NCBI GenBank assembly: GCA_049454015.1
Contig: JBMTYA010000001.1
Coordinates: forward strand, 1-60,836
Origin: Ilumatobacteraceae bacterium
Lineage (GTDB): Bacteria > Actinomycetota > Acidimicrobiia > Acidimicrobiales > Ilumatobacteraceae
Length of the DNA stretch: 60,836 nt
Reading direction: 5' to 3'
Below the pieces are notes generated by a model. It was given only the letters and a program-made list of their open reading frames with translations. It ran no database searches and had not been told where the DNA came from. The translations under genes were made by a program, and so were the position numbers. Within the stretch, counting starts at the first letter, position 1; every line of letters begins with the position of its first letter. Of this stretch, positions 36,690-45,074 are shown one piece after another.

Positions 36690-37465
36690 GCGTGCGGCTA
36701 GACCGCCTCGCAACAGCGAATGTCGGCGAGGGGTCGAGGACCGTTGTGTTCGTCCATGGATTCACCCAAACAAAGAAGTCATGGATGCCCCTACTTGACG
36801 AACTCGCACCGAGGATGCCGAACACTCGGTACCTCCTCGTTGACTTGCCCGGACACGGAGGCTCTGCAGCCATCTCGGCGAGCTTGCGAGACACTGCGGA
36901 ACTTCTCGTCGAAGTCGGCGGTTACGCAACATACGTGGGTTACTCGCTCGGAGCGCGCGTCGTGCTGCATGCAGCACTCGCCCATCCAGAACTGCTGCAA
37001 TCGTGTGTGTTGATTAGCGGTACGCCCGGCATCGAAGATGAAGACGAGCGCGCGCGACGGCGAGCAAACGACGAACAACTCGCCGACCGAATCATCACGA
37101 TCGGTACCAGAACCTTCATTGACGAGTGGCTCGCCCAACCGCTCTTCTCGAGCCTGACGCGCGAGCAGGCTGGCCGCGATGAACGTCTCGTAAACACCCC
37201 AGAAGGCCTCGCCAACAGCCTTCGTACATCGGGAACCGGAACGCAGAACAATCTGTGGCCCCGTCTTGGTGAAGTCTCCACGCGTACATTGCTCGTAGTT
37301 GGAGAACGCGATCAGAAGTTCTTGGAGATTGCACGACGTATGAGTAAGGCACTTCCGAATGCTCCACTTTCGGTGATTAGTTCTGCTGGCCACAGCACGC
37401 ACCTTGAGCAACCCGCAAAAGTTGCCGTAGATCTTGCGAGGTTTCTCAACCGCGAGGTCGCTTAA
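36686..37465 (+). CDS. menH: SHCHC synthase (alpha/beta hydrolase, MenH)
   Basis: 259 aa with VVFVHGFTQT, the nucleophile elbow GYSLGARV, and IDEWLAQPLFSSL. ATGA overlap with the upstream DsbA-like gene. Confidence 0.78.
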   Translation: MSVRLDRLATANVGEGSRTVVFVHGFTQTKKSWMPLLDELAPRMPNTRYLLVDLPGHGGSAAISASLRDTAELLVEVGGYATYVGYSLGARVVLHAALAHPELLQSCVLISGTPGIEDEDERARRRANDEQLADRIITIGTRTFIDEWLAQPLFSSLTREQAGRDERLVNTPEGLANSLRTSGTGTQNNLWPRLGEVSTRTLLVVGERDQKFLEIARRMSKALPNAPLSVISSAGHSTHLEQPAKVAVDLARFLNREVA

Positions 37466-37476
37466 ACCAGATTGCC

Positions 37477-38361
37477 TTAGCCGACGATCAGTCCAACTGC
37501 GTAGAGCACGCCGACCACCATTTGCACACGAGCCGTCATGCCCAGTGCCTTCACCAACTCTTTCGGTTCGTTCGACTCTCGAACTGTCGCAATGGCGGGC
37601 AATGCGGCGAGAAGACCGATGAGGCCGAGCAGCGCCCCCAACGACTGGGTGGAACTTGCGACGATCAACCCTCCCGTCACGACATATAGAGCCGCAAAGA
37701 GCCGCTTGCTTCGAACTACTCCGATTCGCACGGCGAGAGTGCGTTTTCCACTTCGCGAATCCCCATCGATATCGCGAATGTTATTCACCATCAATAGTGC
37801 TACCGCCAAGCAACCCGAAACTGCCCCGGAACACCACGCCAAGATACCCACCGACTCACTAACGACATACGTTGTACCTGCAGTCGCAACAAGCCCGAAG
37901 AAGACAAAGACGAACAGCTCGCCGAACCCTGCGTAGCCATACGGTCGTGGTCCACCGGTATAGAGCCATGCCGCAGCAACGCACGCAGCCCCGAGCAAGA
38001 CCAGCCACCACGTAGTAAGAGCCGCAAGCACCAAGCCTGCTACGCAGGCTGATGCAAGAGCCAGGATGGCAGCAGTTTTCACCGCCGTCGGAGTTGCCCG
38101 ACCGGCAGCGACGAGGCGCGTAGGGCCTTTGCGATCGTCGTCGGTTCCCCGCACCCCGTCGGAATAGTCGTTGGCGTAGTTGACGCCAACCTGCAAAGCG
38201 AGACTCACAAAGAGCGCCAATGCGACTCGCACCATCACATTCGAAACCCTTAACCCGTCGGACTCGCTAACGGCAACTGCAGTACCGATAATTACCGGCA
38301 CGATTGCCGCCGGAAGCGTGCGAGGACGCGCCCCGAGCCACCAATCCGCGGCGAAAGTCAC
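37477..38361 (-). CDS. menA: 1,4-dihydroxy-2-naphthoate polyprenyltransferase
   Basis: 294 aa, polytopic UbiA-family protein with NYANDYSDGVRGTD and NNIRDIDGD. GTG start. Confidence 0.88.
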   Translation of the reverse strand: MTFAADWWLGARPRTLPAAIVPVIIGTAVAVSESDGLRVSNVMVRVALALFVSLALQVGVNYANDYSDGVRGTDDDRKGPTRLVAAGRATPTAVKTAAILALASACVAGLVLAALTTWWLVLLGAACVAAAWLYTGGPRPYGYAGFGELFVFVFFGLVATAGTTYVVSESVGILAWCSGAVSGCLAVALLMVNNIRDIDGDSRSGKRTLAVRIGVVRSKRLFAALYVVTGGLIVASSTQSLGALLGLIGLLAALPAIATVRESNEPKELVKALGMTARVQMVVGVLYAVGLIVG

Positions 38362-38378
38362 AACGTGACGCTAATAGC

Positions 38379-39518
38379 GTGACGCGCGTGCCGCGTCTCG
38401 TCGCAATAGATATTCACGCAGGTCCGGAGTTCGAAGCCGCCGTGCGAAAGACTTGGACTGACGGCGACGTTGTGTTTCCGGTCGACCAGCGCCTGCCAGC
38501 GTACTCCAAACAACATCTGATCTCACGCTTTGGTGTCGACGCGATCATCAGCTCAGGTGAGACGGCACTTCGAACCGCTGTCATGCCATTGTTCGGCAAG
38601 CAAGAGCAACTTGTGCCCCTGCGCGAAGGTGATGCCCTGATGATCGCGACAAGCGGCTCCACGGGCGAGCCCAAGGGCGTGATACACACGCACGGTTCGC
38701 TCGGTGCCTCGGCAATGATGGTCGGCGAACGCCTTGGCCTCACGGCCGACGATCACTGGTGGCTATGTATTCCCGCCGCCCACATCGGTGGATTTGGCGT
38801 CATCGCTCGCTCCTTGCACTTCGCAAGCCGAATCACATACGCCGAAACCATTGATCAAGCAGCGATTCAAACTGCACTTTCCAGGGGCGCAACTCACACC
38901 TCGGTGGTACCCACCCTGATTGCTCGACACCAATTCGACGGTTGGCGCACCGTCTTGGTGGGTGGCGCCTCGAGTCAGAACCTTCCTGAGAACGCCATCG
39001 CTACCTACGGCATGACAGAAACCGCCGGCGGCGTGGTGTATTCAGGTCGTCCTCTCGCCGGTGTGCAAGTCACTGTCGATGCCGGTGAACTCATGGTGCA
39101 AACACCGTCTCTCGCGCGCACCTACCGCAACACGCCGCTGCCGCTTCGTAACGGTTGGTATGCGACTGGCGATCTCGGCCGAATTGTGGACGGTCACGTC
39201 CTCATCGATGGCCGCAAGGACGACCTCATCATCACGGGTGGCGTGAAGGTTTGGCCCGGAGTGGTCGAGTCTCGACTACGCGAGCATCCGCTGGTCAAGG
39301 ACGCCGTTGTGACTGGTGCTCCTGATTCCGAATGGGGGGCCGTGGTCGTTGCCTATGTGGTGTGTGCGAGTCCGCAAGCACCGTCGCTCGACCAGCTCCG
39401 TAACCACGTCAAAGAGACGCTTTCAGCCGCTCATGCACCAGTTCGCCTGAACATCGTCGACCGCATTCCGAGAACTACTCTTGGAAAAGTGCGTCGAAGC
39501 GAACTCCCTGGTGTCTGA
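38379..39518 (+). CDS. menE: o-succinylbenzoate--CoA ligase (short adenylate-forming enzyme)
   Basis: AMP-binding motifs ATSGSTGEPKGV, YGMTET, GDLG...DGRKDDLIITGG and a C-terminal LGKVRR. The start is probably GTG 38379 or 38388; the track start 38304 overlaps menA. Confidence 0.78.
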   Translation: MTRVPRLVAIDIHAGPEFEAAVRKTWTDGDVVFPVDQRLPAYSKQHLISRFGVDAIISSGETALRTAVMPLFGKQEQLVPLREGDALMIATSGSTGEPKGVIHTHGSLGASAMMVGERLGLTADDHWWLCIPAAHIGGFGVIARSLHFASRITYAETIDQAAIQTALSRGATHTSVVPTLIARHQFDGWRTVLVGGASSQNLPENAIATYGMTETAGGVVYSGRPLAGVQVTVDAGELMVQTPSLARTYRNTPLPLRNGWYATGDLGRIVDGHVLIDGRKDDLIITGGVKVWPGVVESRLREHPLVKDAVVTGAPDSEWGAVVVAYVVCASPQAPSLDQLRNHVKETLSAAHAPVRLNIVDRIPRTTLGKVRRSELPGV

Positions 39519-40764
39519 GTCGTCGACACCATCACTTCCCGCCTCGTACTGGCGTCATCTCGGTGCTTCCGCGATCTCTAACCTTGGCGACGGCATGGTT
39601 GCCGCTGCGGGACCACTCCTGGCGCTGAGTCTTACTGACGATGTGCGACTGATTTCGCTCGTCAGTTTTGCGACGATGCTGCCATGGCTGGTGCTCTCAC
39701 TGCCGCTTGGAGTCGTGATTGATCGCGTCGAGCGTCGTCGTCTGCTCGTGATTGCGTCTCTGGCGCGCGGCGCGCTCTATGCAGCCGTAGCCATACTTGT
39801 CGTCACTGAACAGATCAGTATCTGGTTCTTGATTGCTCTCATGGGCCTGATCGCCTCATTCGAAGTGGTTTTCGACATGGCGGCGCAGGCGTTCCTGCCT
39901 TCGCTCGTGGAGCCAGAGCAGTTGGAGCGTGCGAACGGTCGCCTGTATTCGGTGGAGGTCATCACTAACTCGTTCCTCGGCCTGCCCGTCGGAGCTCTGC
40001 TCTTCGCCGCGTCGATGTTCCTACCTTTCGGGTTGCACGCACTGGCCCTGATCATGGCCGCATCGTTAATAGCGACCCTCAAGCCACGTACACCGCACTT
40101 GCCGCAGAGCGACAGGCGCAACAGTCTCGCATCCGATATCGCATTCGGGCTCAAGTGGCTCGCACGTCACGAACTGCTTCGACTGTTGGCCGTGCTGCTC
40201 GGCATCGTCAACATGGCGCACATGTTTGCCGCCTCGGTATATGCAAAATTCGCACGTGACGAGCTCGATGTGGGCACCCGTGGCTTTGGATTGCTCCTTG
40301 GGGCGTCTGCGTGTGGAGCAATCGTCGGCGGTCTCATCGGTGATCGAGTCGCCAAACGACTCGGATACGCAGCCGCGTTAGTTACGTCTTATGCGATGTT
40401 TGCGGTGCTCGATCTATTGCCAGGCCTCTTTCCCAACGTCGCAGTCGTCGTGCTCGCCGGGACGCTCATGTCAGTGTTCGGCACCACATGGAACGTGCTC
40501 ACGGTGAGCCTGCGCCAACGGCTCATCCCACCCGACCTCTTCGGACGAGTGAACAGCGTCTACAGGTTCATCGGCACCGGCAGTACGGCAATCGGGGCCG
40601 TCATCGGCGGACAGATTGCTTTCAGATACGGCCTGCGAGCCACATACATCGTCTCGGGCTGCTTGCTTCTCGTCGTCCTGGCTCTGAGCGCGCCGTTGTT
40701 ACTTCGACACGCGAAGACTTATATGGCGCCCGAACGAACGCCCGCACCACCGTCAATTACATAA
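39511..40764 (+). CDS. MFS transporter
   Basis: About 12 hydrophobic helices, with DRVERRRLL after TM2. GTG at 39511 overlaps the menE stop by 8 nt; the track start is 39481. Confidence 0.78.
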   Translation: MSESSTPSLPASYWRHLGASAISNLGDGMVAAAGPLLALSLTDDVRLISLVSFATMLPWLVLSLPLGVVIDRVERRRLLVIASLARGALYAAVAILVVTEQISIWFLIALMGLIASFEVVFDMAAQAFLPSLVEPEQLERANGRLYSVEVITNSFLGLPVGALLFAASMFLPFGLHALALIMAASLIATLKPRTPHLPQSDRRNSLASDIAFGLKWLARHELLRLLAVLLGIVNMAHMFAASVYAKFARDELDVGTRGFGLLLGASACGAIVGGLIGDRVAKRLGYAAALVTSYAMFAVLDLLPGLFPNVAVVVLAGTLMSVFGTTWNVLTVSLRQRLIPPDLFGRVNSVYRFIGTGSTAIGAVIGGQIAFRYGLRATYIVSGCLLLVVLALSAPLLLRHAKTYMAPERTPAPPSIT

Positions 40765-41468
40765 GTCTCACCCGTAATCCAGCTGGCCATGTCCGAAGCC
40801 AGGAACAGGGCGAGGTTGGCGATGTCCGACGGTTCGCCGAGTCTTTTCGTCGGTAGTTGCGAAGCGAGCCGATCACCGAAATTTTCTACGAGAACGGCCG
40901 CGAAATCCGTCTTGACAAGACCTGGCGCGATACCAACCACTCGGGTGGGTCCGAGTTCACCAGCCAACTGCCTCGTCATGTGAATCAACGCAGCCTTGGT
41001 CAGGTTGTATACACCGAGATGACCTTCGGCCCGCAAACCGCCGACGGACGCGACGTTGATGATGACACCTGGGTGGTTCCTCAGATGCGCGTCCCAGGCA
41101 GCTTTGCACCAGAACAATGGTCCGCGCAGGTTGACCTGAAACGTTTTGTCGTAACGAGATTCGTCAATTCCCAGAGTCGGGCCCATGTACGGATTCGTTG
41201 CAGCATTATTCACCAACACGTCGAGTGATCCAAATCGCTCCAGCGTCGCATTTACGCAGGCATTGCCTGCGGCCACATCTCCTGCGTTGGCCGCGAAGAT
41301 CTCCACCTCGCCATTCATCTCGGCTGCTGCTGCACGCAATGCATCTTCTTTTCGCGAAGTAATCATCACCTTGGCACCTGCCGCGGCGTAGTGGCTGGCG
41401 ATGGCTTTGCCGATGCCGCGCGATGCACCAGTAACGAGCGCGACTTTGCCCTTCAAGCTGAGTTCCAT
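40719..41468 (-). CDS. Short-chain dehydrogenase/reductase
   Basis: I trimmed to MELSLKGKVALVTGASRGIGKAI (ATG 41468). Motifs are NNAA and YNLTKAAL. It starts 10 nt downstream of the corC-like gene. Confidence 0.88.
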   Translation of the reverse strand: MELSLKGKVALVTGASRGIGKAIASHYAAAGAKVMITSRKEDALRAAAAEMNGEVEIFAANAGDVAAGNACVNATLERFGSLDVLVNNAATNPYMGPTLGIDESRYDKTFQVNLRGPLFWCKAAWDAHLRNHPGVIINVASVGGLRAEGHLGVYNLTKAALIHMTRQLAGELGPTRVVGIAPGLVKTDFAAVLVENFGDRLASQLPTKRLGEPSDIANLALFLASDMASWITGETYVIDGGAGVRSGAI

Positions 41469-41478
41469 GGCTGGAACC

Positions 41479-42783
41479 CTAGTTGCTTGGTCTCTGCACC
41501 TTGTTGTCCGGCACGTAACGCACCAGCGCAACTCGCCGCCCGTCGAGCTCCTCAACCATCAGGCGAAAACCAGCCTCGTCTATTCCGTCACCAATTCGAG
41601 GCATACGACCAATCACCCCGAAAAGGTATCCGCCAATCGTGTCGTATTCCTCGTGCGAAATAGCGGTTCCTAGATGAGCGTTGACGTCGTCCAGGCTGAC
41701 CGCACCTTCAATGAGCAGCGCGCCGTCTGATTGGGGCCTGAAACGGTTGTCGACATCGTCGTGCTCGTCGCCAATCTCCCCGACCAGCTCTTCCAAGCAA
41801 TCTTCCAACGTGACAATGCCACTAAATGCGCCATACTCGTCGGCAACAATCGTGAGGTGAAACTGCGACCTCTGCATCTCGCGCATCAACTCAGCTACCA
41901 ACTTCCCTTCTGGAACCACGTGCGCCTCGCGCATCACCGATTCAACGAGGTCGTTGCCGTGACCGCTTCGCTCGAGTCGAACGAGATCCTTCGTGTTCAC
42001 GGTTCCCGAAACGTCAATGACATCGTCGCTATCTGTGCGAATCACAGGCATTCGACTGAATTGGTGCTCCAGAGCAATTTCGAGTGCTTCCCGCACCGTA
42101 GCGGCGTCGTAGACCGTGACCACCTCACCGCGAGGTCGCATGATTTCCCGCACCACAGTGTCACCAAACTCGATGACCGATTTAATCAGTTGCTGCTCTT
42201 CTACTTCAATTACGGATTCCTTGGCGGCAGTCTCAACGATGCCCAGGAATTCTGACTCGCTGATGAAGGGACCCTGATCCAGACCTCGACCCTTCACGAT
42301 GAGGTTCGTAACACGAATTAGCGCGTTCGATGCGAGACGCAGCGGCCAAAAAGCAGAGAGTGCAGAAACGATCGGAGCCGTCATCGTCGCACCGCGCACC
42401 GAGTACAAAACTGCGTAGGTCTTTGGCACGGCTTCTGCAAGCACGAAAAAAAGCAACACGTTCAGCAGCACTCCGACCACGACGCCGGGTGCTCCGAACA
42501 GGCGGTTCGACACCACACCTGTGAGAGTGGCCTGAACCGTCTGGAGGATATTCACTGTCAAGAGCAGCGGATTCACCCAACGCGTCGGATCACTGGCAAG
42601 TCGAACCAAGAGACCTCCCCTTTTGTGACCGTCAGCTTGAAGGGCCTCAGCCTTCTGCTTGGTGATGCGCGAAAGCGACATCTCGGCAAGCGCCAACAGA
42701 GTGAGAATCACCAGCAAGATGCCAATGGCAACCAGAATCCAGCCATCGGCAGAAGTGAATGTCAGGGCAAACATTTCAATCAT
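41479..42783 (-). CDS. CNNM/HlyC-CorC family transporter (DUF21 + CBS pair + CorC_HlyC)
   Basis: 434 aa with N-terminal TM helices, a CBS pair (IMRPRGEVVTV..., VVPEGKLVAELMREM) and a C-terminal transporter-associated domain. Confidence 0.88.
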   Translation of the reverse strand: MIEMFALTFTSADGWILVAIGILLVILTLLALAEMSLSRITKQKAEALQADGHKRGGLLVRLASDPTRWVNPLLLTVNILQTVQATLTGVVSNRLFGAPGVVVGVLLNVLLFFVLAEAVPKTYAVLYSVRGATMTAPIVSALSAFWPLRLASNALIRVTNLIVKGRGLDQGPFISESEFLGIVETAAKESVIEVEEQQLIKSVIEFGDTVVREIMRPRGEVVTVYDAATVREALEIALEHQFSRMPVIRTDSDDVIDVSGTVNTKDLVRLERSGHGNDLVESVMREAHVVPEGKLVAELMREMQRSQFHLTIVADEYGAFSGIVTLEDCLEELVGEIGDEHDDVDNRFRPQSDGALLIEGAVSLDDVNAHLGTAISHEEYDTIGGYLFGVIGRMPRIGDGIDEAGFRLMVEELDGRRVALVRYVPDNKVQRPSN

Positions 42784-42788
42784 CGCGA

Positions 42789-43373
42789 TCAGTATCCTTG
42801 TGAGAATCTTGCAGGTGCGGGTCCATTCCAGTACACCTGCTCCAATAGATGACGTTCGCGCTCGCGCATGCGCTCAGCATTCGTTTCGTTGTCATGGTCA
42901 TAACCCAGAACGTGCAGGATTCCGTGCGTAACGAGCAGCGCAATCTCGTCGTCGAGGCTGCCAGCATGACCGGCGGCCTGTTCGTCGGCCACACTGGGGC
43001 AAACGACGACGTCACCAACGAGCAGCGGCAATTCTCCAGCATCGACTCGCGACACCACCGGTGACGTGGAACGAGCCGTGGGACCCGCAGCTCGCGAGTT
43101 GTCGATCATGTCGATGGGGAAGGCAAGCACGTCTGTCGGAGAGTCGCTATCCATGTGAATCCTGTTCATCTCCGTGATTGCCTCACGCGTGACAAACAAC
43201 AACGCCATCTCTGCTTGACCGCGTACACCTTCCTTCTGCAGCACTGAAAGCGCGAGCGACTGCCACCGCTGTTCGTCCAGCGAGATGTCTGTTTGTTCGT
43301 TGGAGACAAAAACGTCGACGTGTCCGTCGCCTCCGGTACGGCGAGGTGCGGTCGATCGGGGCCGATTAGTCAC
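42789..43373 (-). CDS. ybeY: rRNA maturation endoribonuclease YbeY
   Basis: PTDVLAFP and the zinc motif HGILHVLGYDH. The GTG at 43373 overlaps the phoH stop (GTGACTAA); the track ORF extends to 43472. Confidence 0.85.
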   Translation of the reverse strand: MTNRPRSTAPRRTGGDGHVDVFVSNEQTDISLDEQRWQSLALSVLQKEGVRGQAEMALLFVTREAITEMNRIHMDSDSPTDVLAFPIDMIDNSRAAGPTARSTSPVVSRVDAGELPLLVGDVVVCPSVADEQAAGHAGSLDDEIALLVTHGILHVLGYDHDNETNAERMRERERHLLEQVYWNGPAPARFSQGY

Positions 43374-44355
43374 GCCGCTTGCCGGCTCGAAGACGCGCAC
43401 TGGCGTGCTCACCAGATCGTTCGTAAGCTGCGACGATGTCCGCCACAATCCTGTGACGAACGACGTCGCCATAGTCGAGGTGCACGAAAGTGAGGCCGTC
43501 GATGCCGGTTAGCACGCGCTCAAGCCCAGCCAATCCACTGCGGCCATCGGGCACGTCAACTTGCGTCGTGTCGCCGGTGATGACCACTTTGGATCCGAAG
43601 CCGATGCGTGTGAGAAACATCTTCATCTGTTCTGGCGTGGTGTTCTGGGCTTCGTCGAGAATAATAAAACTGTTGTTCAAAGTGCGCCCGCGCATGAATG
43701 CAAGCGGTGCGACTTCGACGACTCCACGTTCAAGATATTTCTGCGCGTGCTCCGCACCCACCATGTCGTGCAAGGCGTCGTAGAGAGGGCGCAAATAAGG
43801 GTCGATTTTTGCCATCAGATCGCCTGGCAAGAAACCCAGACGCTCCCCCGCCTCGACGGCAGGACGGGTCAGGATGATGCGGTTCACTGTTTTCGCGTGC
43901 AGCGCCTGGACTGCCATGGCGACCGCTAACCAGCTCTTGCCCGTGCCAGCGGGGCCGAGAGCGAACGTAATGACATGTTCTGCGATTGCATCCACATAAC
44001 GACGCTGGCCAGCAGTTTTTGCCCGCACCGGCTTGCTCTGGCCAACTTTCACGATGTCTGAGGTGAGGACGCTGCTTGGGCTCACATGGCTGCGCACCAT
44101 TTCGATGGCTCGACCGAGCACGGTTTGATCGACGTGTTCCCCGCGTTGAAGCAATTCGGTGAGTTCCTCAAATAGTCTTCCGACGATTTCGGCTTCCGTG
44201 CCGGTGGTCGCGATTTGGTTGCCGCGCACGACAATGTCGGCATTGGGGAACGCCTGCTCAATTCTGCGCAAAAGCTCGTCGCGCTCGCCAAGCAAAGCCG
44301 CCATGAGATGAGACCCGGGCACTACCACGGTGGTGGCTGGTGAAGCGACGCTCAT
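43366..44355 (-). CDS. phoH: PhoH-like ATPase
   Basis: 329 aa with Walker A GPAGTGKSWLA and Walker B FIILDEAQN, followed by GDTTQVD. Confidence 0.93.
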   Translation of the reverse strand: MSVASPATTVVVPGSHLMAALLGERDELLRRIEQAFPNADIVVRGNQIATTGTEAEIVGRLFEELTELLQRGEHVDQTVLGRAIEMVRSHVSPSSVLTSDIVKVGQSKPVRAKTAGQRRYVDAIAEHVITFALGPAGTGKSWLAVAMAVQALHAKTVNRIILTRPAVEAGERLGFLPGDLMAKIDPYLRPLYDALHDMVGAEHAQKYLERGVVEVAPLAFMRGRTLNNSFIILDEAQNTTPEQMKMFLTRIGFGSKVVITGDTTQVDVPDGRSGLAGLERVLTGIDGLTFVHLDYGDVVRHRIVADIVAAYERSGEHASARLRAGKRRD

Positions 44356-44960
44356 GTCGCGGGGGTGCCCATGGCCTCCTTCAGGTTATCTCCGGTCGAA
44401 TCAAGCCCTTCCCTACTGGAGAGCGCGAAATCCAGCGCAAAGAAGCGCTGAGACGAAAGCGGCAGCAAGTCTGCTTCTCCCACCATTCGCGCCATTCGCA
44501 GCATGAGCGCGGCTGCACCGCCTTCGTCCGAGGGTTGATGAGACTCGGGAAGATCAAACACCAACAGCGCCCCGTCGCGTGCTTCAGCTGCGAGCGCTTG
44601 CTTTGCCAGCGCGATGTTCGCACCGCGCAACTCGACGTCAGGATCAACGACCACCCACATCACATAATGAACCAGACCCTTTCGCATCCGTTCGGGAAAG
44701 TGTTTGCGGAAGTAGTCAGGGTTTAACCAACGAGTCGACGCGATGTCGGTGGCGATGAGAGTCATAACCGTCGGACGATCTTCTTCCCACACCACCCAGA
44801 CTCTGTTCGTGGAGTTCAGCAAACACTCGTCGAACTCAGCACGATTCACTAGCTCAGTGAAAGCATGCAGTGGGTTGTTCGCATAAGCACGGCGATAGAA
44901 GTTCCACAGACGGTCGCGAAGCTCGACGTCGCCGAGCCGGGTGTGCCTGGTTATGAACAT
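44352..44960 (-). CDS. Hypothetical protein, translationally coupled to phoH
   Basis: 202-aa ORF whose stop overlaps the phoH start (ATGA). I recognise no family motif. The coding call rests on length, position and codon bias. Confidence 0.5.
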   Translation of the reverse strand: MFITRHTRLGDVELRDRLWNFYRRAYANNPLHAFTELVNRAEFDECLLNSTNRVWVVWEEDRPTVMTLIATDIASTRWLNPDYFRKHFPERMRKGLVHYVMWVVVDPDVELRGANIALAKQALAAEARDGALLVFDLPESHQPSDEGGAAALMLRMARMVGEADLLPLSSQRFFALDFALSSREGLDSTGDNLKEAMGTPAT

Positions 44961-45074
44961 GGAGCTCCTCGTGACGACGACGAACGCCGTCTGGTGGATC
45001 TCCGCCCGCTATGAGAGTACCGAATATCGCGTCAAAACCTGTGGATTCTGTACGGTAATTGCAGTGATTTCGGC

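Noticed and set aside
44352-44960. Assigning the 202-aa hypothetical protein to the GNAT acyltransferase fold
   Set aside because: I could not find a Q/R-x-x-G-x-G/A acetyl-CoA motif or other diagnostic residues, so it stays hypothetical.
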